A DNA stretch of 64,000 nt, from assembly GCA_000708835.1 (NCBI GenBank), contig DF237061.1, positions 62,001-126,000 on the forward strand, given 5' to 3'. The notes under the pieces were generated by a model that was not told the DNA's origin, searched no databases, and was given only the letters and a program-made list of their open reading frames with translations. This DNA comes from Klebsormidium nitens (lineage: Eukaryota; Plantae; Klebsormidiophyceae). Both the position numbers and the translations under genes were made by a program. This document shows, in pieces, positions 1-19,400 of the stretch (position 1 is its first letter; every line of letters starts with the position of its first letter).

Positions 1-402
1 CTTTAAAAAGTTTGCATAGTGCCAGGTGGACGGTCAGCTCGCCGAAAGATGGTTTCTAGATAGACAGGTCCTTTGAAAAAGCAATCAAGCAGCCACTTTT
101 GTCAAGTCGAAGAGGTGTGGTTGGCCTTCTGTCTTCAAGTGTACTCTGGCCAAGTGGGCGTAAAGGGCCAGATCACAGTCGTCAAACTAGTCCTTTCATG
201 CCGTGTTCTTGAAGGATTTGCTTAATAGATCATTTGCAATGTAGTGATTCTGCGACAGCTCAAAGCTCCGATGTTGAGAGGAAGCAGCTGTCACTGGGTC
301 AGAAGATTTGCTGCTCTGCAGGTTGAGTTCCACAGGAGAAGCACTTTTGGTCACCTCCTCAAAGGATTGCAGTCACTGACTGTTTTGGCTCTTCTGATGC
401 AG

Positions 403-6934
<6,532 letters not shown>

Positions 6935-8323
6935 GCTTGCTGTTGACATTGACGCTTGTGCATTATGCTAAGTTCGGAAGCATTACTTGCTGAGATTAGA
7001 TGAGAGCGTATGAGGAGACTGTATTCGGATCCGTCCGGATGACATGGACACAGCTTCTTGCACATTGAGGGCGAACATTCTCGTCTTCGAATCCTCACAA
7101 TTATGAGAATATTCATAATAGATACTCACTTACAATTGGAGGCGTTGCCTGCCACGATCTGTTTTCTCGAAGCAAAGGTCGATAGCTATGCTTTGCGAAG
7201 CTAGTGCAGCATGTATCTATCGTTACGTGTCAGGCATCGTGCAAACAATAACAATCCAAGCGACCAACCGGCCATGGTCTAGCCGTCACAGCATGCCGGC
7301 CAATGAACTGGATAGGGCCGGGCCGTTGCATCGCATCATGCAAATCATTCAAAGACCTGTTAACATCACTGAATTCATGTGTATATGTCGAGCTAGTAGC
7401 TGCATGCTTGCATGATGCGTCGACAGATGATTCCTTTCTCGCGCGACTATATAGCTTCAACAATGCATGATGATCCGGTTGAACAAGCTCAATCGACCGT
7501 TTGACTGACCGCGGGCGGTCAGCGCCACCATGCCATGATGATCCATTCTGGCAACCACGCGGCGCCGTGGGGACAATAAGGATCAAGTGAGCTGAGGTGT
7601 CACGTGTTGACTTCACTTCAACTACTGGCGTATGCATGTGGACCATGCGGGCGGCAATTCAGTGACTGCTCCCCGTGCTCACCATGGCGCTTCAAGCTGG
7701 CCTGCAACGCCCGCTATAAGCTTGCCGCCAATTTGGAATCATTGAACTCGATTGTCTTTGAAACCACGAGCTGCAGTCCACCAAAGATCCGAAAGGCACG
7801 GCTGTCAAGCTCAATTTGAGGAAGCCTCCTCTCCAAGTAGTACCGATCTGTCTCCCATGCTGTTTGGTCTCCCCCTGCAAGGAGCTCAAAACCTTAAATT
7901 GGCGATTACGAACCCTAACCTTTGATGTGTTCATTTCTTGTACGTAGACATCAACGCATGCAACCGATGGAACGATTGGTCGACCGTACTAAACAGAGAC
8001 TCGTTTCATGTTTAGGTATTAGACGCCCCGGGCCTTCAAACGCAAACCCCAAACCCCAAACCCCCGCGCCGGCTTTACATGTAGTCACGTGGCCGTCGGA
8101 CGCGACTCCCCGGGCCGCGCTCGAGCTGACAACGCGCAGCCGCCTGGGACACTCGTGTACGTGAAACGCCAATGTTTCGGAGGCTGATAGAGAACCAACT
8201 TTTGAATCAACCAGTTGAACAAACGGCAGACAACGGTCAGCAAGCTAGGTACAGTAGAACACTTGCTTCCCATTTGGACGCTGCTCAATTGCCACAAAGG
8301 GCCCGGGTCTTTCTCGAGTCCTC

Positions 8324-9008
8324 ATGGACTTGACGGCGCCTCACAAGCCCGCCATACAGCACCTCGAAACTAGGATTGAAAGGCTACAGGACAAGACAAA
8401 TCTCAGCCCGAGACTCAACGCTAAACAACTTCAAACAGGACCGCGAGCACGATAATGAGGTAGAGATCTTCCAAGCAGACTTCATCAACCCCCTCTGCAG
8501 CAGTATATACTCTCTGCGGGAGAAAATACTTTTGGGGAGCCCCTCAGATGTTCAGAGGAGTTCAAAGCAGCTAATCGGAAAGTCAACCACTTGAACAAGT
8601 GGCTAAAACTTGGCGCGCGAAGAAGCATTTTGAGCTAGACCCGTCTTTAAGGGATCTTTTGAAGTTTTGTACAGGGGGGAGTCGCCCCAGGCACAGCATG
8701 CGCTCGAGCATTATCTGCGTACCTCCCTTTTGCCAGCTGTCGTTGTGCTGAAGAGAAGTCTGAGAGAGATTGACAGCTGTCTGGGCGTGTTGGAGAACAA
8801 ACCACAGCTTACGGAGCTGCGAAGACGCCGTTCTGCAAAGCTTACACAGACTGCGTATAAGGCGCACCTTGAACGCCGGGCACGTGCCGCAACGGTGATC
8901 CAGAGGCGCTTCTTGGAGTTCCTGTTCCGGCCGGGGGGGCAGCTCGCGCGGAAGGCGGTCAAGCGTTTGCGGGAAGCTGCAAAGGAGGGGAGCTCGTTAG
9001 AGCCGTAA
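8324..9008 (+). pseudogene. Possible broken or unresolved ORF ending in an IQ-like motif (AATVIQRRFLEFLFRPGG)
   Basis: Protein-like segments occur in different frames: 8324 MDLTAPHKPAIQHLETRIERLQDK, ~8550 EEFKAANRKVNHLNKWLKLG, and 8667-9008 ending ERRARAATVIQRRFLEFLFRPGGQLARKAVKRL. I found no clean splice model. Confidence 0.3.
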
Positions 9009-10427
9009 AACATAAGCGCTTATTGCAGCTTGGAGGGCCTATAATATGATGGGATAGGACAAATCAAGAGTCATAATTAATCATAACAGCTGCAGATGGA
9101 TTTCCAATAGAGGTAACCAACTTTCGGTCATAAACTCAGTGTGGGCTGCATGTGCAAACGCTAGAGCCTTAATATTCACCGGCATATGACCATCCATTCG
9201 GACTGGCGGGATACCTTCCGACGCCTGCGTGAGTAAAAGTAAAGGAATGACGTATCCCCGTGTCATGAAGTCTCGAATGAACCTTAGCTTGCTAGACGGC
9301 TTCAGCTGGCATTTGATCCTTACCACGCACTAGGACAAGTTGTATCAGATTAAAGGTTCCGCCCATGTGGACTTGAGCCGTTTCACGGTGCAGCATGACA
9401 CCCTACAAATCGGATATTCCAGACGAACAAAGCTCTTGCATTAATATCAGCATGCTGTAGCAATGCTTAGGACGAAGCTAGGTCCTTTTTGCACTGCTCG
9501 TACTATACAGATTGCAATATCGTCATGATATTATGTCCTGACATCACATGTTTCTGAAAAGTCAAAGCCTCAAGCCCCAGCTCGTGGTCTCCGTAATACA
9601 AGTCACTATACACCACCCTCCTGGTTTTCGTATGCATGCATGCTGTTCAATCTAGCAGAAACTTGCATAGAACTGAGCGGACATTTCAGTATAGATTCGA
9701 GCCAGAAGCCTTGAAGAAGAAAATTATAATAAGCTAAACGGACCGCTTTCTAGGAAGACAGTTCCAGGGAAACAGCTACTAGAACGGGAAAATGCTTTAT
9801 AGTAAGAGTAGCCTGCCAAGTTGTCCCCTTTAACTTCCAACCATCAAGAATATGTACCAGGTCGTTTGCTTGAAACGATCAAACGTTTCCTTAATACATA
9901 CGTAGTCTGTTCTCCTTATGCAGGCCTTCTTTAAGGATTAAACATGAAGAAAGCTATTCGAATCCACTATACCCAAGGTTGTTGGCTCACAGATTCTCTG
10001 ATTTTTCGGCATCACAACTACCTTGCAAGCTTTGGCAAAGGCGAACTCAAGCTCCTCAACTCTACCCCTTTCCGGATCCAACTTAGACTCATATGTTTGT
10101 TCTTTCTAACATAAAAGAAGCTCAAACTGGACTGCAAAATGAGCCTCAAGACTCGTTGGGACGTCATCGAATTCGACGTGCTTCTTATTCTCAAGATGGC
10201 CGTCCCTTGAGTCTTCGCATCTGTGACAGCTTAGAAATCACAAATCCTATCAACACCTGAGCCCTCGAAACTCTCTGAAGAGGGCGGTTTTTGCAAAGGC
10301 TCTAGGCCTTTCAGCCAAAACAAAAAGACCGGACTCTGGTGGGTTTTGCGCGCGACGTTCTGGGGCGACTGCCAAGCCGGCGGTTCGGGCAGTCGGTCGC
10401 CGTTTGAGGTAGGCCCCCTCCGTCGCT

Positions 10428-13400
10428 TCAAGGGGTACAGTTGGTGGGGTAACCGATGCACGTCGGATTGCCATCGCTCAGGAAGGCGCCGCAAGTGGAC
10501 GGACTGCATCAAACAAGTCAATTCAAATTGGAATTGAAGTAAGCAGGGACTCGGAAGATCGAGATTGAATTCACATACCATGTATGGCAAGTCGGTTGAA
10601 CGAACAAGGTCATTCTTTTGACGGAGGTTTCTTGAGGGCTTCGCAATATGAAGCGGGTTTTCGAAACGAGCGTTCCTTTTGGCCGCTCCTCTCCTCCGCT
10701 ACCAGAATCCAGGTTTTAAGGTGAACGTCCTAAATCGCAACCGGTTCTTCATTCACCTGACTTTCAAAGCCACAAATCTTTCACAATCCGGTCGCCAGTC
10801 TTACCAGCAGATGAAGAAATTGCCCCCGGAATCGTAGCAAGGGTTTGCGAGATTTGCGTTGCACGATGCTCCGTCACTGGATTTTGGATAAGGGTATGTG
10901 GTGCACATTCCCCCGGGGGGGCCTGAAGTGCCCGCCGGAGGCGAAGGCGTCGTAACCGGGGGGTTAGTAACCGGTGGGTTTGTGCCCGGGGAACTCGTAA
11001 CCGGGGGGTTTGTGGCCGGGGGGTTGCCCGCACAGTTGGTGGTGTCCCCCTGGCAAGTCGCGCTGTTCCCGTCGGCGCCGAAGGGGCCGCACGCAGTGGG
11101 GCTGCAAACGGAAACTCGCTCACGTCAGCGGGTCCTCATCTCTTATGATGATTTTGGAATAGGCACGCCGTCTTGAATCTCGCAATGGCCGACGAAATCA
11201 AAAGATAGCTTTTTTCCTCATTTCGCCCTCATTTTTATGACATGCCCAGAAATTCGTATCGGTGACTGTGCTGGTGTCTTCGCTTGCCGACTGCCAGATA
11301 GATACCGCACTTTTTGGGTTTGATGCAAAGTAGACGTGAAATGCGTCGTCGGCTTTCGGTGCTTTCCTCGTCGGCCGTCCCTGTCAGTGATAAAGAAACA
11401 ATCTTTGCTTTGAGAGTCACCTCGAGAGCGGACGTGGATCTCTTTACGTCCTTTCCCTCGACGGACAATGTGTCCAACAAGAAAAGCTGGCGATTTTGAG
11501 CGTTGTAATGCTGTTCTCGAGGTCCTCTGTTGGTTCGGTCTGCTTAAGATGCTTAGGTTGGCAAAATTTGTGGTCAAGTTTCAGCCGTGACTCTTGTTGC
11601 GATAATGCCCAGGACAGCTGATCTCGTCTCACGTTCACTCGTCGCCCGGCCTTCTGTAACACGAAAACTCCAACTTCTTACCAGCAAATAAGATTCGCGC
11701 CATTTGAGTCGTAGCACGGATTCACAGCCCCCGCGCCGCAGGCGCTTCCTGCAGCTAGCTTTGGACGGCTCGCGCCGCAAGGCGGGTTAGGGCCCGGGTT
11801 TGCGGGCGCAGGGGTCGGGTTAGGACCCGGGTTTGTGGGCGCGGGGGTAGGGTTAGGACCCGGGTTTGTGGGCGCGGGGGTGGGGTTAGGCGGAGCTGAA
11901 GTTGGAGTAGGGGGAGCGGGTGTCGGGTTAGGGGAACAAACCCCGGAGACACCGACGCAAGTGGGCGTTCCGTCCGATGCGAAGGGTCCGCAGGTCCCGG
12001 GGCTGCGGAAAACGGAAAGGATGTGAGAGTTTGAGTCTCTGTTTTGTTGGGAATCCGGAACCTTTCATGGTAGAAGGGAGAAAGCGAGGAAGGGGTTGTG
12101 GGCGATGGACTAAAGCCTTGCTTTAGAATTTTGCGGGACATGAGAAGATTGTGAGGGAGCCTGAAAATGAGATCAAAAACGAGCCATGATGGAGAGGATG
12201 CCACCAACAATATGCGCAGTTTCAGGGCATTCTCTATGACCAAGTCAAACGGTGAGAGGCACACACAAAATTCCCTGTTGGAAAGGGATCTAACGACGAG
12301 GCTAAAACGCAATGTGACAGCGTTTTGTGGCAAACAAGCAAAACGGAGGGAATACTAATTTCCAGCGCGTAAGTTTGGCAACTCGACTGACGAGACTACG
12401 CTTTCCCCTCCGCAGGAAGCAAGACTTCGTTCAGTCTTGAATGTCAATCCTTGCTCGACGCTAGGACCATATGATGAATACGGACATCAGGAAGAGTTAG
12501 TGAGAACCCACCAGCAAGTCAACTTTGACCCGTCACTTGCATAGCACGGATTGGGTGAGCCGCCGCTGCAAGTGCTCCCGGGGGATAGAATTGGCGGGCC
12601 GCAGGAGGGGGGTCCTGGAGTTGGGGACGGCGTTTTGGCCGGGGGGGCCGGCGTATTTGCGGGCGGGGCCGGCGTATCTGTGCACGTGCCGGGATAGCCT
12701 TGGCAGATGGGGCTGTAGCCGTCGGTGTCAAGGCCGCCGCACGCGCTTGGACTGCACAGCATTGACACCGCTTTTTAATGCTGGCGAAAGTTGTGGGTGC
12801 GTGTGTGTGCTTTGCTTGTCGCTGAAAGTTCGAGGTCGATCTAGATTGCAAGTTGCAAAGAGGACAAAGGAGGAAAAATGAGGGCCCATCGTTATTTGAG
12901 ACCACCTGAGATTTGCTGACTGAACCTATAAGGCCCATTGATCGCCACGCACCTTATCAGAACTGAAATCTTAAGCCGCTTCGGCGATCTCAGACATTGG
13001 AAATCGACGTGGCACAAGTTTTAGTTTTGAGGGAATAATCCCGTCCATGATGTGCGTCAGACTTATTTCATGTGCGTCAATCTCATTCAACTATGAGGAG
13101 GAGGTACTGAAGCGGGATAGCATGGACAGAGGTCCGAAACTTAAAAACATACGTTCCACACTCTACAAAACTCCGCATGAAGACGACGAAATCCACAGGC
13201 ATTGTTCCAGGCTCAAATAACTAGACCCAGAAATCCGAACTCCGGACTCGAGAGCAGAATTTCAGAGGAACCCAACAAGCCGAGGAGATAATAGCAAGCC
13301 AGAGCTGGAACGTTCGACTCCAAGAGAATCCCATATCAAATACAATAGAAAGAGGTTTTTGACACTCTCACCAGCAAATGGCCAACGACCCGGGCCCGCC

Positions 13401-16400
13401 TACCGTACCTGGCTGATTCTTCTGCGCATTCACCCAACAAATCTGCTCCGCTAACAGCACAATACAGATCAGATTTATCCTAAAGGTCCTCACCAGCAGA
13501 TGGCGAACGACCCGGGCCCGTCCGGCGAGTTGCACGGCTGCGGCATGGAAGGCGCCACGTCACCGCACTTCGTCAAGTACGGATACTTGAGGTACGGGTA
13601 GCTGGGACTGCACCCACTTATCGGGGGGGAAGAGCCAGGGTTGTAACTCCCGGACTGAATTGTAAGCACCAGGAGGACCGATTCGTGGGGTTGGAGGGAG
13701 AAGGGGCCGATGGAACCGGAGTACGTACCGGGCAGGTTTTGGTGCTGCAAGAGGAACGGAAGCAATGATTTGAGCTTTACCCGGCGCCTGTACACCTTTC
13801 TCTAATGGGGTTCAAACGTGCGGTGGCTAGAACGCGACGGATGAAACGAATTCGACCACGAAATGCAACGCTGTAATCTGCTGCAAGGCATATTGACCTA
13901 CTTCGAGCTGCAGAAGAGTTTTCGTCAGCCTTTCGCTCGTTGTTTTCCCCTTCGAAATTGGGCGTGATGGACACTTCTGAAATTGGGGATGATCAGCGTG
14001 AAGAGTAAAGGTGGAGCAATCAGAGGAAGTTGAGTCAAGCATTCATGAGGGTTCCTCGTAGTTGCCTTGACCAGACTCGATCTGTCACCATCTCAGAACC
14101 GTGTGTCAGTACACTGAATTCCTGCCGTAGTGATTGAAAATGATGCCTCTGAACGGCCTTTAGGCTCGATACCTCCAGTCTAGCTTTTTCTTTGTCGTCA
14201 TTTCAGACGACTGAATTCCGCAATCGCAGCGTGCCTCACACGGAACTCATCTCAACCCCTAAACCTGTCTTAACCCAACTTAAACTATCTTGACGCATCT
14301 TTTGGTCTTACCGCCCACAAGTCGCGTGCAGTGACGACAGTCCCTGGCGTCAGCCCGATGACAGTCCACGTGGCCGAAAAGCTGTCGGAGGAGCCGCCGT
14401 TCTCGTTAACCAGCGCCACAACCACCCGGTTACCGCTCAACGGGCCGGCCCAGATTTGGCGCTTGCCCGCGTAGTAAGTGCGGGACGCCTGAACCCCTAG
14501 AGAGTCTGTGCGGAACGAAGCAAAGACAGCTTTGGTCATATGATGTCAGTCAGTTCTAGAACGACTTCTTGGAAGTCTACGAAGATTGTTCAGGGGTAGT
14601 AAGCTTGACAAGGTCGTCACCAGTAACCGTGCCGATTCTGACAGGGGTAATTAAAATGATCCCGCCGAAACTTCAGGAACTGGGAAAGTCTAAATGTAAT
14701 ATCAACAGAGTCCTGTTAGAGCTCGACGTGAGGACAAAGTCATGGAAACAGGAATGGAGATGCAACAAGGATTGGAATAACGGAATCGCAATCTGTCTAC
14801 TGAATGGTTCGACCGCGAATCTGCAAACGATTGCTCACATCAAAAGCGAGGTCACACAGTCTGTTTATGACGCCAAAAACATTTCGAGCTTCGCCGCACT
14901 CACCTTGATTCACGGCGATCACTTCGGAGTTTGTGAGGATAGCCTGCCGCGTGGCGTCGATTGCAGCCAACTGGATGCTTATCATTAAAGGCGCCTGTAA
15001 GCGAAAAGTCGGATCCTCGGTTGTCTAGTCGTGAGCCAGACTAGACTGCAGCGTTCTTAAGACTCAGCGGCATTTCCAGACGACAGTTCATCCTGGGACG
15101 GGATGACTATCAGCCAGCCCCCAAACCTTCCAGCGAACTTAGCGCAGTGCGAGTAGCTCAATCGGTTTTAAATTTGGTCTCTGAAGCAATCTCCCAACAG
15201 AAAAGAGCTTTTGCAGTGCTTTCTCGATCTAATCCTTCATAACAATGGCATATGAAGACTGGGTTACGCTTTTGGGTTACCTTCATAATCGCCCAGATGC
15301 TCATTTGCGTCCTCTCGCCGACGTAGTCGGGGCTCCCGTCTGAGAGGCCCAGGCCGCCAACCACGAGATAATCGGGATCTGCAGTTTGAACAAAAGGGTT
15401 TGTCACAATCGAGTCCCTTTTCTCGTTGCTTTCGAGATTGAAGGTCTTGTGAATGGAGCGAGCTACGAAGGCATGGTGCATTGGAATCAGGCGCAAACTC
15501 ACTCCTCGTCGAAAACCCGAACCATGCAACCCTATTGCAGATGCTACGAGCAACACTGCTCGAGAAAGTCCCTTCAGTTTGGCATGGTTGTGGCTTGTTC
15601 TGGTCAGTTCCAAGCTTTTGACTTCAACGAAAAGCACATTCTCAAAAAGGGCGCGCGTGGCATTGGCCAACTCAATCACACGCGTACGCCTGAAGCAATA
15701 TATTGCTGCTCTTAAGTTGGCAAAGAGGGGTCAGTTTGGCCAATTGAAGGCTGATAGCACTCTCTTCGAGCCCGGCTTCCAAGCATTCTCGTGAAGTTTC
15801 GGTACGTACCGTTCCAGCCTTGACTTGGCCCGGCACACTGCGGGTACATGTTGTTCTGGTCCATGGTCTCAAAGACCCGGTTGATGTCGCCGTAAATGTC
15901 GTAGAACGTGCGCCAGCTGTTGGCGACCGAACCTCTCTGCGCAGGTTTGGGGGAACATTTGTCGATTCAGCAGAACGGAGAAGACCCGTTGAACATCCAG
16001 CCGTGCACAAGTTTCCTTTCTCTCAGTCTTCTACGTTGAGAGGACACTAGTGCCAGAATTCTGCCGCAAACTTGACGCAAAACACTTCCTTAGAAGGGAC
16101 AACTGTGAAACCACGGCGATGAATGGTCTGGACGCTTGAAGACCTTGGAGCCGCTGAGCCCGGCACAGGAAAGACGTTTCAGCTCTCTACTGATCGCAGC
16201 ACGGGATCTCATCGAAAAACATCTCAATTCTGGATCCTACTGTCTTATCATCGGTGATTCCCGGGTGAACTGCAGCCCAAATCTAAGTCGCCCACAAACT
16301 TTTTTGGCAAGTACGAACTATTCTTGTGAAACATGTCCGAACGGCACCAGTTGTTAGGGATTCGGTGGTTTAAGTCCGCCCGGGGGGCGAGCCACGTGCA

Positions 16401-19400
16401 TCGGATCAGTCGACACCTATTAATGACGCGTCGCCACAAAGGCACATGGGGCAAAGGTGGTCGGTCTTTCATCGACTCACGTCGCACGTGCTGGTTGGAT
16501 AGCCCCAGTACCCGGTTGAGTAGTAGATTGGGCGGCTCAGCGCCGCCAGTGCGTCTCGCATGATTTCGAACCTGCAAGAGAATCACAAAAATTGCGGCTT
16601 AGAAGATAAGAATCAAGTTGATATGTCAAACTGGGTCAGAGGCATGAAGGCGGGTGGTCAAACAAATAAAGACGTACAAAAGGAAGAAGCGATTTCAAGC
16701 CGCCTGTTTTTCGGAGCATATCATTGGGCCAGCGTCGAAACGCTGCATCCAACTTTGTTTGATTTGCTCGACAATCGCTTTCAAAGCTGCCCAGCTTTTG
16801 GAATGCGGAAGGGGAGGCTAAAAGGGTAAACCTTCATTAAGCGAAGTAGTCAACTACCAAACAGCTCCCGAAGTGCCCAACCAGCGAGACTCCTTCGGCA
16901 CGACGCGGACCGTCTTTGGGTGGCAGCAACAAAGGAACGAGGCAGAGTCGAAGTTGATGGAAGGAAAGACTGAAAAAATCGATCCTGTTACCATCATGGA
17001 TTGATCCCTGAATCAATCATGATAAGCGCAAGTTACACAACCTTCAGTCAGGATGCAGGTCCAGAATGGGTACGAGTGCGGAGCGGGTGAAAGTTTTGAC
17101 TTCAGCAGTTCAGTGCTGGCTTAATATTCGTAGTAAATCGAAAGTAATCATAAGTAGAGAGTGCTTTTACCGTGTCCTGATGGGCGCGACGTCTCCGCTC
17201 GCGCACGAGTCGTACTTGAGGTAGTCCACGGTAGCCGCCTGCAGGTAGCGCGCGTCGCGCGCCTCAAAGCCGAGGGATCCCTCGCGGCCCGCACACGTCA
17301 GCTGCCTGAAGGGTCAGACGAAAACGCAAACTTGAGTGCCTTACGTTTCCAGCTATAATCTTGACATAAACCAATTCTTATTTCAGAAAAATAAGGGGAC
17401 AAAAGGGGTGAATTATGCTTTGTAGGTCGATCAAGTTCTGCACCGAAGAAGAAAAAGTTGGAACGAAGTAGATTGAACGGCTCCATGTGGCTGCAGAAGG
17501 CGTGAAACGGCTGATAGGAAGTTGCTTGGCATTGTGATTCTGGTTCGTTGAAGATCTTCTCTACGAGGAGCGGTCGCGCTTCAGAATATTTTTGGGATCA
17601 TCTATAGCTCTTTAGAAGTCCAGTTCTGACTCCAAAGTATGTCGACCGCCAAAGAGTCAACGACTGCGGGTGATAGAGAATCAGTCAACTGCCTGGAAGC
17701 AATGAAGCGTACCCAGTATACGGCCAAAAATGCAGCAACTCATGGCCGTATGATCAACCGACCAGTCGTAGCCACGTCGGCTTCGATTTTTGCCAGAGTT
17801 CTGGAAGCGCAGGAAAGACTCGAAACCGCAAATTTTCAGACAGACTGCGGCTTGAGGGACTGGAGACCCTTGTCTTTTAGATTAGTTACATTATCAAATC
17901 ATATTTACCGGGACGAATAGGTTTAGTGTGGCTCTTTAAGGTGGGCACAGGTGCGGAGCAGGTATTGTTTGGGGTTGGGTTTCCAGTTTTTGCTTCGTTC
18001 TTATTACAACTCGAGCTTATCAGAAGTCAGTGTCAAGAGAATCATCTAGAGACCGTGTCTCACCCTGCGTCGAGGTAGAGCCCGAACTTGAGCCCTTTGC
18101 CGTGGATGTAGTTTCCAAGGGACAGCATCCCAGAAGGAAAGACGGACGGATCGTGTTGCAAGTCTCCGCTGGGGCTTCGGCCGACGGTGTTCCAGCCATC
18201 GTCTGTAAGAGAGGGAAATGCATTTCGAGCTTCCCTTCCAGAATAGCATCATTACATAAGATGCATACTTTGCTGAAGTAACAGAGTCAGCTTGGACATA
18301 CGAAACGCGTCACGAAAGTGTTCCAGCCCTCGTTTGTAGAAGAGGCAAACGCTCTCTTTCCGAAAGGTTTAGGTACAGCCAGTTTGAGATGAGTCAGTGT
18401 AATGGAAACGGGTGGCGTTAGTTGGGGGGTTGGGATGGGTCCGGGAGCGCGCAAGTTTCAGTCGTGGGTTTTCGTTTATTGCGTCCTCCCGGCTCCGTTT
18501 GTGTACCTCGACCTGGCTCAAAGTCAACCTAGAATCGAGACTTCATAAAAGGCCTTTGGAGGACCTCATCAAATAATAATGATTAATTAATCAAAGGACT
18601 TCATAAAAGGCCTTCTGAATCATGTCTGAATAGCATCGTCGAACAAGGAGCAAAGCCTGCTGAAGAGCCAGAGTCTTCACAGAATACGAATCCTGTCAGA
18701 ACAAGGAAGACGTACATGTAAACTTCGCACAACTTTTTTCCACGTTTTATTGCGGCACGCGTTCACCGATCATCAAACCCTCCAGTGAGATTTACCTTCG
18801 AGTCAATAAAGACGAGTCTCCCAGCAAGAGTAAACTCAAAAGGCTCTATTTTGAAAGCTCTATGTGTATTGCAAAAGAAAGAGGCGTCTAGCACAAACGA
18901 TTCGCCGATGTTTGATGATTAAGGGCACCTTTCAGTCGTTCCAAGCCGATGATATGAGTGGCGGGCTGTTCAATTATGTGGCAGCTCACCTATGTTGATG
19001 TAGACATAACCGGCATCTCTCAGACCGAGGGCTACAACTTGGTCCGCTGCAAACATGATGGTTGTTCAGTGAAAAGCGAGGTAACTGAGCAGAGATTTAC
19101 TCAGATAATCAAAGGTACTACCGTGAAAGTTGGTGTTGATCAATTGGTCCTGCTACAGCAGCTTTTTGGGCTCGAATGTATCGTGCACATGCATCTTTAG
19201 GTTCCGTTTCATGCCTTCTTTTCGTACGATTCTCTTTGATTAGAGCGTCCCGCAATCAGCTTCTCAAAGCGCTGCAGAAAAGCATGGCCAAATTCCAGGG
19301 CCGGTCGAGACCGACTTTGGAACCCATCAGTTTCGTAGAGGTCACCAGCAATTGGGGAGTCTTCCTTCATTCGACAGGCCTCGGGATTTTGATGAATGAG

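Noticed and set aside
7910-8062. Telomere-like aaccctaa / aaacccc runs
   Set aside because: Only one to three imperfect units; at most a telo-box-like promoter motif.
10764-13795. Separate small Pro-rich genes, and GH27 ending at the TGA at 13490, as the ORF track suggests
   Set aside because: Every segment ends in TGC TG|GT and the next begins AG|Y, restoring a conserved CC-P-x2-C pattern; a single spliced gene explains all of them.
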